A DNA stretch of 64,000 bases from Ranitomeya imitator (Eukaryota): the NCBI RefSeq assembly GCF_032444005.1, contig NC_091287.1:418066001-418130000 (forward strand). The letters are read 5' to 3'. The translations under genes were made by a program, and so were the position numbers. A model generated the notes under the pieces. That model had not been told where the DNA came from, did not search any database, and worked only from the letters and a program-made list of their open reading frames with translations. The first letter of the stretch is position 1; each line of letters begins with the position of its first letter. Shown here one piece after another: positions 24,871 through 35,300 of this stretch.

Positions 24871-27154
24871 CTAAAGACTTTGGTACTGCACGGGAGTATT
24901 GTCTGCCCAACTATATGATGGACTGCTACATTGTCTTTGAGGTTCCACGCTCGTTTCACCCCGGCCTCTATATTGAGGGTTGTAGGGCGGCATGTCCAGT
25001 CTTCTTCTTCCCGATGGAGCGGGTTCCTCGGTGCCCACAAATTCCTCTACAAGCTCGTTAAGTCTTTGTCGAAACATAAGGTTTCTATGTGCCGGGATAT
25101 TTTGTACTACAGGCACATAGGATAATAAAAGTAGCTTCCACTCATTAGCAGAGTAGACAGACTCGCGTGCTTGCAGCTCGGTAATTTCTCGTCTCAGGTC
25201 TTTGAGCTCACTGCGACACATGTCCTCTACCCGTTGGAGTCCATCCACGATAATTGCATCTGCTTCATCTTTTTGAGATGCTCGCTTGCGTCCACGCTGT
25301 GATTGCAATCGGGCACTCACACCTGCAGCAACAGTGCTTCTATCCGCAGATCGTGGCTCGCTGATGCCAGACACATCTTCAGGTTGCGTTGGTTCCACTG
25401 AAGAAGGCTCAAGTTCCTCTGCTGGTCTAGGAGCAGCGGTACTGCATATCGTGCTGTAACCCAAAAACAAAAATTACTTATTTTCCTTTAAACAATTTAG
25501 TCTCGCACACAGACCTTCTTGTACTTACGAGCGCTGAGACACTGTTTTCTGAAGAAAGAGCAGTTGGTCATAATGCACATACGGTGTCACCCGTTTGCCA
25601 CTTGATCCGCTTGGTGCATTCTGACTGTTCCGGCAGTCACGGACAAAGCGATCGCGGATGGACTTCCAACGGGTATGGACAGCATCGGCTTTAAATTTAA
25701 AAAAAATATATATATATATAAAAATAGTAGATTGTGTTAAGATATAGGAAAAATTGTTCATAGTTTGCTACGATAGTTGATATATAAATAGTAGATAGAT
25801 AGTTGTTAGATAAGAAATAGTGTAGAAATAGTGTGTAGAAATAGTGTATAGATAGATAGATATATAGTGTACAGATAGTTGATAATTGAGAGATAGATAG
25901 CAGACAACAAGTGGATAGGTTGATAGGATAGAAAAATTATTTTTTTTTAAACATTTTCCGATGTTACGTCACCAATATTTACCAATTTTTTTCTTTGAGG
26001 TTGTCGACTTCTCCATGTATCGGGGATCAAAGTGACTGATTATTTGATCCCACAACTTCCGGTTCTTCACGATGTCATGGTGGGAGCTGTCGCTCTGGTC
26101 CCATATGGAGGGGTTGGCTTCCCCAAGGTTAATAAGTGTCTCATTGTGGATAGTCAATGGCTCTTCGTCAACGACAATCCTTTTTTTTTTTTTGTCGCTG
26201 ACTTGGACTATGTAAACACAAAACGTTATGTTGATAGTGTCAATTTCACTGGATGGCCATATTCATATATACAGAGATAGATAGATACATAGATATAGCA
26301 ATATATAGATATATAGATAGATAGATAGATGTAGATAGATATATATACATTGATAGANNNNNNNNNNNNNNNNNNNNNNNNNNNNNNNNNNNNNNNNNNN
26401 NNNNNNNNNNNNNNNNNNNNNNNNNNNNNNNNNNNNNNNNNNNNNNNNNNNNNNNNNNNNNNNNNNNNNNNNNNNNNNNNNNNNNNNNNNNNNNNNNNNN
26501 NNNNNNNNNNNNNNNNNNNNNNNNNNNNNNNNNNNNNNNNNNNNNNNNNNNNNNNNNNNNNNNNNNNNNNNNNNNNNNNNNNNNNNNNNNNNNNNNNNNN
26601 NNNNNNNNNNNNNNNNNNNNNNNNNNNNNNNNNNNNNNNNNNNNNNNNNNNNNNNNNNNNNNNNNNNNNNNNNNNNCGATAGATAGTTGATAGATAGTTT
26701 ATAGGTATAGTAGATAGAAAGTGAATAGATAGATTGTTGGTAAATATTGGATAGAATATTTCTATTTTATATTTACCACTGGCAGTTGTGGCGACGACAG
26801 ACGTCTAGGGACCTTTTTTCTTTTTTGTCCTCCTTGTGCCACAACGTATTGTGTATGTAAAAAAAAATATTTTAACATTAAATAATGTTAACATTCATTG
26901 GATCAATAAATTTATGCCTGAAAAATTCAACATGTGTGCTATGTACCTTTGTTGTTTTTGCGTGTTTTTTGGGGGGAGATCTAACAGCCTCGGGCTCAGA
27001 AGACTCCTATTCACAATAAAACAATAAACAGGATTGTTACGCCTAGCTCAATACAATGGAGTTTCACACAACATGGTTTTTTAAAGTGCAAGCCTACCGA
27101 CTCAGAAGAAAAAATCGCAGACACGCTGCTGCTGCTGACATCTGTATCCGACAT
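24871..27154 (-). CDS. Harbinger ORF2, MADF/Myb-SANT-like DNA-binding protein with C-terminal BESS-like motif; predicted exons 27154-27098, 27006-26947, possibly ~26832-26777, 26207-25983, 25688-25529, 25453-24871
   Basis: The last three exons splice in frame through canonical GT-AG sites, giving ...NPSIWDQ...KLWDQI...KKI|ADAVHTRWKSIRDRFVRD...PYVHYDQLLFL...S|TICS... (MADF pattern) and a C-terminal LLSYVPVVQNIPAHRNLMFRQRLNELV (BESS-like). Upstream micro-exons are MSDTDVSSSSVSAIFSSES and ESSEPEAVRSPPKKHAKTTK. The 5' junctions are uncertain because of the N-gap and an A13 run. Confidence 0.8.
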
Positions 27155-27934
27155 CTGTGTGCAACAAAACAATACATTTTTAGTACACACACATCCGACG
27201 GACATTACAGACTCCCATGATGTATACAGAGATATATAATATATAGAAATGTACTTACAATTTATAAGAGCTACGGCAAAACACTCTGTCACGTGCAGGA
27301 GACTTTGTGTGAGTGGGATATTTTAATGGCCGAAGTCACATTTCCTGTCACATGACCACATGTGACCACCCTCTAACGCTATTAAAACGTGTGGTTCTAT
27401 TTGGAAATTTTTCTTGATTTGCGTCTGACTGCGTTTGCCATAGCCTTCTATGGCAGAATGAACGCTTCCGTTAGTAGTGCGTTAGCTTGGCCGGACCCGA
27501 AAACGCTGCAAGCCGCGTTGAAGGTCCGTCAGAAAAAAAACGTTATGTGACAAACGCATACCAATTTAGGGATGCGTCACGATGCGTCAGACAATGCAAG
27601 TCTATGGGCGCGTTAGTATGTGCGTTACATTGCGTTTTTACTACTTAAAAACTAGTCCGTTAGACGGACACACCTAGCGCAATGTGAACCCAGCCTTAGT
27701 TGCAGAACAGAAAGCAGGGGTAGGGTGATAGACAGAAATAAGGGACAAGATTTATGGTGGTGTAGAACTGTGGACAGCTTTGTGGGTAAGAGCGATGTGC
27801 TTATATTGTACTGTAGTAGATGGTCAACCAGTGCAATGACTGGCACAAGATGGAGGCATCGGTGTAGCTGCTGGACTGAAATATGACCCTGGCTGCAGCA
27901 TTCAGGATGGATTGGAGAGGAGATAGTTTGGTAA

Positions 27935-28354
27935 GGCCACATTCACACGATCAGTGTTTGGTCAGTATTTCACATCCGTATTTGTAAGTCCAAACCAGGA
28001 GTGGGTCAAAAATGCAGAAGTGGTGCATATGGTTTATATTATAAGCCATATAATATAAGTATATATTATACTTTCCTTCTGATTTTTCCACTCCTAGTTT
28101 TGGTTAAAAATGACTGATGTGAAATGCTGACCAAATACTGATAATGTGAGAGTAGCCAGAGGCTGCCGTCACACTAGCAGTATTTGGTCAGTATTTTACA
28201 TCAGTATTTGTAAGTCAAAACCAGGAGTGGAACAATTAGAGGAAAAGTATAATAGAAACATATGCACCACTTCTGTATTTATCACCCACTCCTGGTTTTG
28301 GCTACAAATACTGATGTAAAATGCTGACCAAATACTGCTAGTGTGACGGCAGCC
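27935..28354. mobile_element. Two tandem related Harbinger-type MITEs (27935-28157, 28161-28354)
   Basis: Each is palindromic. The second has a perfect TIR GGCTGCCGTCACACTAGCAGTATTTGGTCAG. The pair is flanked by TAA. Confidence 0.75.
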
Positions 28355-28439
28355 TAAGAGAGAGAGAGTGATCTGTAGAGAATTGCAGTAGTCCAGATGA
28401 GAATGCAGGAACTCTTACTGGCACTCTTGGGCATTGCCA

Positions 28440-28718
28440 CTAACGCAATGAAACAGATCCGTTAGCGCACCCATTGACCGCAATGTATCTAACACATCGC
28501 TAACGTATGCCATTTTTGGCATGCGTTAGCGATGTCCCGTTATTTTCTGACAGACCTCAAACGCTGCTTACAGCGTTTTTTGGTCCGTTCTCGCTAGCGC
28601 AGATCGGGCATCTACGCTAGCGGGATCGCTAAACGCAATCCCTTTTTGTACATTGCGTTAGCGCATTCCGTTAGCAAATGCGCTAAACGGACTGCACTAA
28701 CGCAATGTGAACCTAGCC
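28440..28718. mobile_element. Truncated Harbinger MITE of the same family
   Basis: Right end AACGCAATGTGAACCTAGCC|TTA. Interior matches 9164-9530. The left TIR is missing. Confidence 0.75.
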
Positions 28719-29599
28719 TTATTCAGTTTCAAAGGTGAGAAAAGGTCAAATTCTGGAGATGATTTAAAGATGCAGGTGACAAGAGCGAGTGAGTGATCAG
28801 GTATAGGGAATAAAGGAAGGTTCTGTGTCAAATATCCCCCAAGACAAGCGAGCGTGCTTCATCTTCGTCTTCCTCTCGTTTTAGTAATGGAGGAATAATT
28901 GGTGCGTCGTCTCCTGATCGTTTATACAATTGTATGCCAACACAATACAATGAATGCATTGTTAAATATCGTTCCTCTGATTAGTTGAGCTTGTCGCATG
29001 TTCTGCTCACAGTAAAAAGCCAGCGTTATACTGGACCCTCTCTAATTGGATGTGTATACTGGGTGCCTGCATGGTATATATGAAATATATGAGAGTTTGC
29101 AGTATTGGTTTGTCACATTTATGTTGGGGTATTTGGAGTCCGTGGGCAACGTAAAGCTCATGGGCCCCACTGCCGATTCTCGTAGGGCCCCTAACTATGA
29201 AGTAATAGTATTCTGATATGGGCCCGGAGGAGACTGCAGCCCCTGGACCTATCCTATTATGGGCTGTATTTCTGATGCAGGGATGGAGCGTTGCCATGGT
29301 GCTGTATGGAGGGATCAGCCATGGCCAGGAGGTTTCCTGCCCTAGCCCTGCTTGCTGCACATTGCTGGGTCTTGCAGTGAATAGAGCTTTGTGTGCACAG
29401 CTGCATGTGAAAGGAAATGGTGAGAGGAAAAGCTGCCTGAGCTGCAGCACAGGGAGGGAGGAGGAAGAGTCTGAGGGGTGTGTAGGGATGGAGGACGGGG
29501 AGGAGGGGGATGTTGTTTTCATCCTTGCTGCTTTATAAGCCGGTGTGCCTTTTGCACTCCCCTCATACATTGTGTGTGTGTCTCTTCTGATTTTGGATC

Positions 29600-29937
29600 C
29601 CTCTATTTGACAATCAGTGTGGATTCAGGGACTAGATTGCAGGGATCTGGTGAGTTAGCCGGTTGCCATGGTGAGGCACCTAGTCATGTGATCAGGATGC
29701 TGCTCCAGGCTGTTTTGACGTCAGGCTATAGACAGAGCTAGAGAGGGAGGAAGAGAGAAGGAGATCTGTGGCAGCAGCAGCAGCAGCAGGGTCTCAGCCG
29801 AAGCGGAGCTTACAAGCTGCAAAAAAGGGGGCTGCTATCCAGAAGTCTCATTCTTCACTGCCGGCCATTTCTTTTCTTTCTTTTTTTTAAATTTAATCCT
29901 ATTGAATAATTCCTCCCCAGTTGCTGGGACAGCTCCA
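29600..29937 (+). promoter_or_regulatory. Putative MAPRE2 proximal promoter/5' UTR
   Basis: RFX X-box-like GTTGCCATGGTGAG (29662-29675), M-box/E-box TCATGTGA (29684-29691), perfect CRE TGACGTCA (29716-29723) and a short (GCA)n run. It lies in a region with no recognisable transposons, directly upstream of the ATG. Confidence 0.6.
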
Positions 29938-30059
29938 ATGCCGGGTCCTACCCAAACGCTGTCCCCAAATGGAGAAAACAACAACCACGACATCATCCAT
30001 GATAATGGAAGCATCATCCCTTTTAGGAAGCACACGGTGCGGGGAGAGCGCTCCTACAG
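29938..30059 (+). CDS. MAPRE2: First coding exon of microtubule end-binding protein EB2/RP1 (MPGPTQTLSPNGENNNHDIIHDNGSIIPFRKHTVRGERSY-S), ending at a phase-2 GT donor
   Basis: Manual translation from ATG 29938 closely matches the vertebrate MAPRE2 N-terminus as I recall it (MPGPTQTLSPNGENNNDIIQDNNGTIIPFRKHTVRGERSYSWGM). The 122-nt exon ends TACAG|GTAATC. This frame is absent from the ORF track because a stop follows the donor. Exon 2 (WGMAVNVYSTS...) was not found in the window. Confidence 0.93.
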
Positions 30060-31944
30060 GTAATCCAGTGTGTCGTATGGAGCAGGGGGCATTTTATTGG
30101 TTGTCATGTATCTGCATTGTCAAAGACGCTGACATTCAGGGGCTGGGAACGTGGGGTTGGATGTGACGGCATATTGGGGTTGTATTTGGGATGGGGGAAT
30201 GAGCGCGCCATTGGAAAATGCCAAATAAACTCCTTAGATGCCCCAAATGCTGAAGGTCTTCTCCATCCGCAGCTCCGCAGGGCTTACATGGCACCAGGCG
30301 TGTGCTGGATCTGGCTCTGCCTTGTAGCTGGAAGGTTATGTAATTGGGAAGCAATTGATGCCTGGTTACTGTAACCAGAAAGGTGCTGGCATCCGACACC
30401 TCCTCCTAGAAGGAGGCAGACGAAATGTGCACCTTACCAATGGTATAATATCTCTGGGAAGCCATGTTTGAGGTCAGCAATGGCTGGCATTACAATTCCG
30501 TAACCGTCACGTCTGCTCTTATAGGTGAACATTTTGCTTTCCATACAGCCTGTGTATAATAGACCGTTGATGAATTCGACTAATTGGGGTTATTGTCCTC
30601 CCGCATTTTTGGTTGATTAGTGTGGGGGGGCGAAAGGGAAGGGCAGGAATCTGGAGTCCAGAGCTTTCTGGCAGCATGCAGCCGTCATTTTCTTTCTTTT
30701 TTTTTTTTTTTTTTTGCTTTTCCTTCTTGATATAGATCAAAAAACGGAAGGAAATGGTCGTGAAACAGAAGTCTTGTGTCTCCTCTCTGCTGTTCATGAA
30801 AATAAGAATCCTTGCTGGGCTAAGCTGCAGCCTGCAATGTTCTGCCAGATTGATAGGGCTTTGTAAAGGGCCAGCTTTGTCATTGGTGGAAGGGTTGATT
30901 GTAGAGGTCAGAGGGTCATGGCTTTACTTAACCCCTTTCTTCCCTGTGACTATTCATCATTGTGTTCCATGTCTTATGAGGTGGGCTTGCCTTGAGGCAG
31001 TGTTGATTTATGTATTTTCGCCCACTGCAGTGGATCATAAGGTCCACCTAGCAACCATATATTTCTGTCTCACTAAAATAGGTTCATGTTTACTTCCCTA
31101 CGGAAAAGAAGACATCCTAGCAGTCAGTTCTTCACAATGTGTGTGTAAACATCTTTTCTTCTTTGGCTATTTTCAGTCCTATTGAAGAAAAATGAATTGC
31201 ATCAGTGCTTCTCAGAAGGGCAGCAGCCCCCGCGGCAGCCTGCTTCTACCAGTATTGTTTGGCTGGTGGGGTTTGTCACAGCAAGGTGAGCTTGCTAACG
31301 TGGAAAGGAACCTCTAAGGGGGTCGTAGGGGGCTGTTTTCTTTTTCGGCTCTGCAGGCTATGCCTTCGTGAAATGGATATTACCATATCTGATGGATGTT
31401 CAGCAGTGATTAGATAAAGCAGATCAATTATTATCAGAATATGGTACGTGCAGACATACGCGAGTGGTCGAATAGTGGCAGATTGTGTTCCGTTCTGCAC
31501 TTTAAGAGTTGTCATAGCCTTATACTAAATTTATGCAGACATCTGATCCTTCTCACATTGCCAATCACATCCACCATATTGAAGCAGGTACGCCGTGCGC
31601 TGTCAGATCGTTGACATCTCTGCACTGCTTGACGGGAATGTGAGAATACTCAGACTGCACCATTCCTTATTCTTCACTTCAACCCATATTGCTAAATGAG
31701 GATAACCAAATGAAAGTGTGTTTTGTATTAGTATTGTACCATAAAAACCAGTAGGACTGAACGCATCGGACCATTAGCTCTCTGGAATTTTAGGTTCAAC
31801 TATTCTGTCCCAATTAATTTGTTTCCAGTCATAGCTAAATGAATGTAATAAATTAGGATTGGACGTCTCCCCGTTTTTTTGAAACAAGAAAATAGGGAAA
31901 GTGTGTATGTACGTATACGCACACACGCCTATTCATACTATGTC

Positions 31945-32310
31945 ATTATTATTATTATACATTTTTTATAGCGCCATTTAGTCCGTGGCGCTTTACATGT
32001 GAAAAGGGGGCAAATATAGACAAATACAATAAACATGAGCAAAAACAAGGCACTAACAGGCACAGGAGGAGGGAGGACCCTGCCCGCGAGGGCTCACAGT
32101 CTGCAGGGGATGGGTGAGGATACACTAGGAGAGGGTAGAGCTGATTGTGCGGTGGTTCAGTAGGTTGAGGATCACTGCAGGTTGTAGGCTTGTCGGTAGA
32201 GGTGAGTCTTCGGGTTCTTTTTGAAGGTTTCAATGGTAGGCGAGAGTCTGATGAGAGTTCCAGAGTATGGGGGAAGCACGGGAGAAGTCTTGTATGCGAT
32301 TGTGGGATAT
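31945..32310 (-). mobile_element. L2-clade LINE 3' fragment (similar ends at ~5500-5597 +, ~18715-18810 -, ~50440-50700 -)
   Basis: Each ends in a recurring ...ATAGCGCC... terminal motif next to an (ATT)n tail. Confidence 0.6.
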
Positions 32311-35300
32311 GATATGATAGTAATGTAATTGTCCATTGTATTTTTCATGCCATATACAGTTTGATATCCCTGTCCTTTTACACTTGACCACTATGGAGAA
32401 TAAATGTGTCAAGGTGGTACTGGCGGTAATGGCTGTGTTCGTTTCTAGAAGAGGGAGAGTATACCGGAAGATAAACTGTCAGCATGTCCTCAAGCCATGA
32501 CTAATAGTTTGCAAAAAATTAAAAGCATAATATTTTGGGAGCATAATATAGGAAGATAAAGAACGGTTTGCCTTATAACATACAGCTGTTCGATGTAGTA
32601 GAGGCCAACCAGATGCCCAGGTGATGAAGATCTGTGGGCAGACTCTCCATTTGCCATTCCTACAACTCTGCTCCACAAATATGGCCAGTATACAGTGGCA
32701 TATATAGTTTTAGGAAGAGAAGATGAGAAACTGTTTCTGCAGGGTTTAGTAGTGCCTGATATATAGATATTGAAGCTTAATTTGCCCATACGCCTAAGAG
32801 CAAAGTTGACTAAGCCATCAAATTTCATCAAGTGTGTATGATGGCCTCTGGATTTGTTCCTCACAGAATATGGCTGGGGAAAAAGGATCGGGAATGTTGA
32901 ATGTCAATGTCCAATCCTTTTGCTCTCAAGAAGGATACACCGCCTTGAAGTGGCTTACTACCCCCTCACCATAGACACATGAATACTGAGCTTAGCTGAA
33001 TAATCATGAGTGTGGGAAGGTTGAGAAAAAGCTATTGGCCTAATAAACATTCATCAGACAGACTATGTATGACCTTTTTGGAAATTCTCCGACCTCCTTG
33101 TGTCCGTATAATGATAGGTATGTTTATGGCAGTACATTTCTACAAGCTTCAGATAACCTTCTGACTTAAGTTGTTTACTTCTTGATAAATATCAGGACTG
33201 ATACAAGGCAGGTGCAAAAACACATGTTTTGGATCCTATACTGTAACTGTATCGCAACCGGTATGGGATAAAGCAAAGTCAGCTTTTATATAGATAAATA
33301 TATGTAAATAATGTTTAAAGATGAACATAAACTCCTGTGCTTTTATAGTGTGACTGGGTATATTAATAGTTAACACACAATTGATCCATATTTATGAAAC
33401 CACCAGTGGATTATTGGGAAGGTATACAAGTATACAGATGCCCACTATGCCTCCACAGACCTGCGGAACACCTGCGGAGACGGACATGTAATATATTGAA
33501 CGCAGTAAATCCGCATGGCTCAGTGAACACATGCAAATTTACCTGCGTTCAATAGGTGAACATGCGCTGCGTCCATAGCGCTGCTTGTTCCGGATAGTGG
33601 GCGCTTGGCCTAAAGGTCATAGAGTGCTTCTTTTAGAGACTGGGGAGCCTTTTAGTGTTGGGCACCACCTCCAGATAACTTGTGGGAATTTGTCTCTTGT
33701 CTTTTGATGAACAAAAAGATAAATTAGACTGTCGGCAGAACCATTGATATTATCAGATTCGTCCGACATTGGTGAAATGTGTATGTAGACCTTAAGTCCA
33801 TGGGGTCCATTAGTCCAAAAGTGTTTTAGACTACAATATTCCATTAATTAGTACCCAATAAAAACAATGAAAAAATTATGTATTTTTTTTTAGCATGGTA
33901 GCCAACGGGTGATGGTCGCCACTATATGGCATCAATTTTGGTTGTCAAAGATGTATGTTGTAACCTTTTTATTACTTAACAATAAATCGGTGCCCTAATA
34001 GCCTATTGCTGACATGTGGTGGCTCAGTGGTATCCATCACTCGAAGGCTACTATGACATTTGTTCAATAGCTACATCCTGAAATCTCATCAACTGACTTG
34101 ATGTTATGTTAAACCAACGCCAATATCGTGTGAGTGATGGATGAGCCAAGGAGAGCATATCTCCATAATATGGCATCTGACAGAACATGCCACCATTTCT
34201 GACAGCTAAAACCTCTGTACCTCTTTCTATAAAATGGGAGGCATACAAGTATACACTAGTGGTAATATGGATATATGGGTTAGGCAGCAGGCATATAATA
34301 ACCACGTTTCCATCGTTTACAGAATCGCTCACTACTTTTTATTTGAATCCCGATTCCCCCATTTTGCACAATAAACCCAATGTCCTCCTTTTGGCTGTTG
34401 GGTTGTATTTGTAATGTCCCACATTATCTATATAGTATTCTCCTGTGGTATTCAGTCCACATATTACTTTAGTAAGCTAAGAGTCGTTGAAGTGCCAGTT
34501 CTGGTCATTGACTATGTGGTTTACAATTTAGGGTTAAAGCTCTGCAGTCGGCCGTCTATTTTTGTGCATCATTTGGCTTTTTTTGCCAGCTGTGGTATCT
34601 GTATAGATGCCATGTATCTTCCTGGCTAGACAGCTCAAAATATAAATATTATAGTGAGATGAAGCTAGACACACCGAGGATTTTATGTGCATATTTGCTT
34701 TTCTTGTTCTTGGCAGTGCGCACAGATGTTTTAGGATTCTCATTCTTTCTGCCAAGCACCTAAGTGTAATAATATGGACACTTAGGATGATCTAGTAAAT
34801 TAGTTTCTTGGATTTCTGGGCATTTCCCAGGAAGAAACATTTGGCCTAACCCTAATAACATTCCATTTTGTGATGAGAGAGGAATGTATTTTATTGGTGA
34901 AAACCAAACATACTTCTTACATGATTTTTCCGGTGTCATGTAAAGAAGGCTTACTCATGTAAAGTGGCGAGCCATGGGGATCTCTATCGAGATGTATCCT
35001 GCTATCATTATCTATCAGTCTTTCTTTGCTTCGTGGTTGTTTGATATAACCTAGTGCTACAAATGTAGATATGTTTCATGTGTTTTGTTCACAAAACATA
35101 CCTTCTATGTATCTGATTTTGTGTGAGAACTCCTGACTCTCAACCAACAGATCATGTGGGCAAAATTCAGATGCCCAATACTTTTTGTTTTATCAGAGAT
35201 AAGCCGGCACTCCAGCATGGCTGTCTCTATGCATTAAAAATACATGTACCCGGGGCATTCATATGTGTGAGGGAGTTGGGAGTGATGGCTGTCGGCAATG

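Larger units (their letters stand above)
22915..27695. mobile_element. Near-complete PIF/Harbinger DNA transposon with two convergent genes
   Basis: 18-bp TIRs GGCTAGGTTCACATTGCG / CGCAATGTGAACCCAGCC (1 mismatch), with TTA target duplication at 22912-22914 and 27696-27698. Encodes a DDE transposase (+) and a MADF/Myb-like protein (-). Spans an N-gap. Confidence 0.92.

Noticed and set aside
22915-27695. Interpretation as domesticated HARBI1/NAIF1-type host genes
   Set aside because: Intact TIRs, a TSD and the disrupted transposase indicate a transposon copy rather than a fixed host gene.
29007-29741. ORFs of 187, 106 and 87 aa upstream of MAPRE2
   Set aside because: No recognisable domain or similarity to EB2. 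Best explained by purine/GC-rich promoter sequence.
34016-34045. tRNA A-box-like TGGCTCAGTGG (possible tRNA or SINE)
   Set aside because: No B box or cloverleaf downstream.
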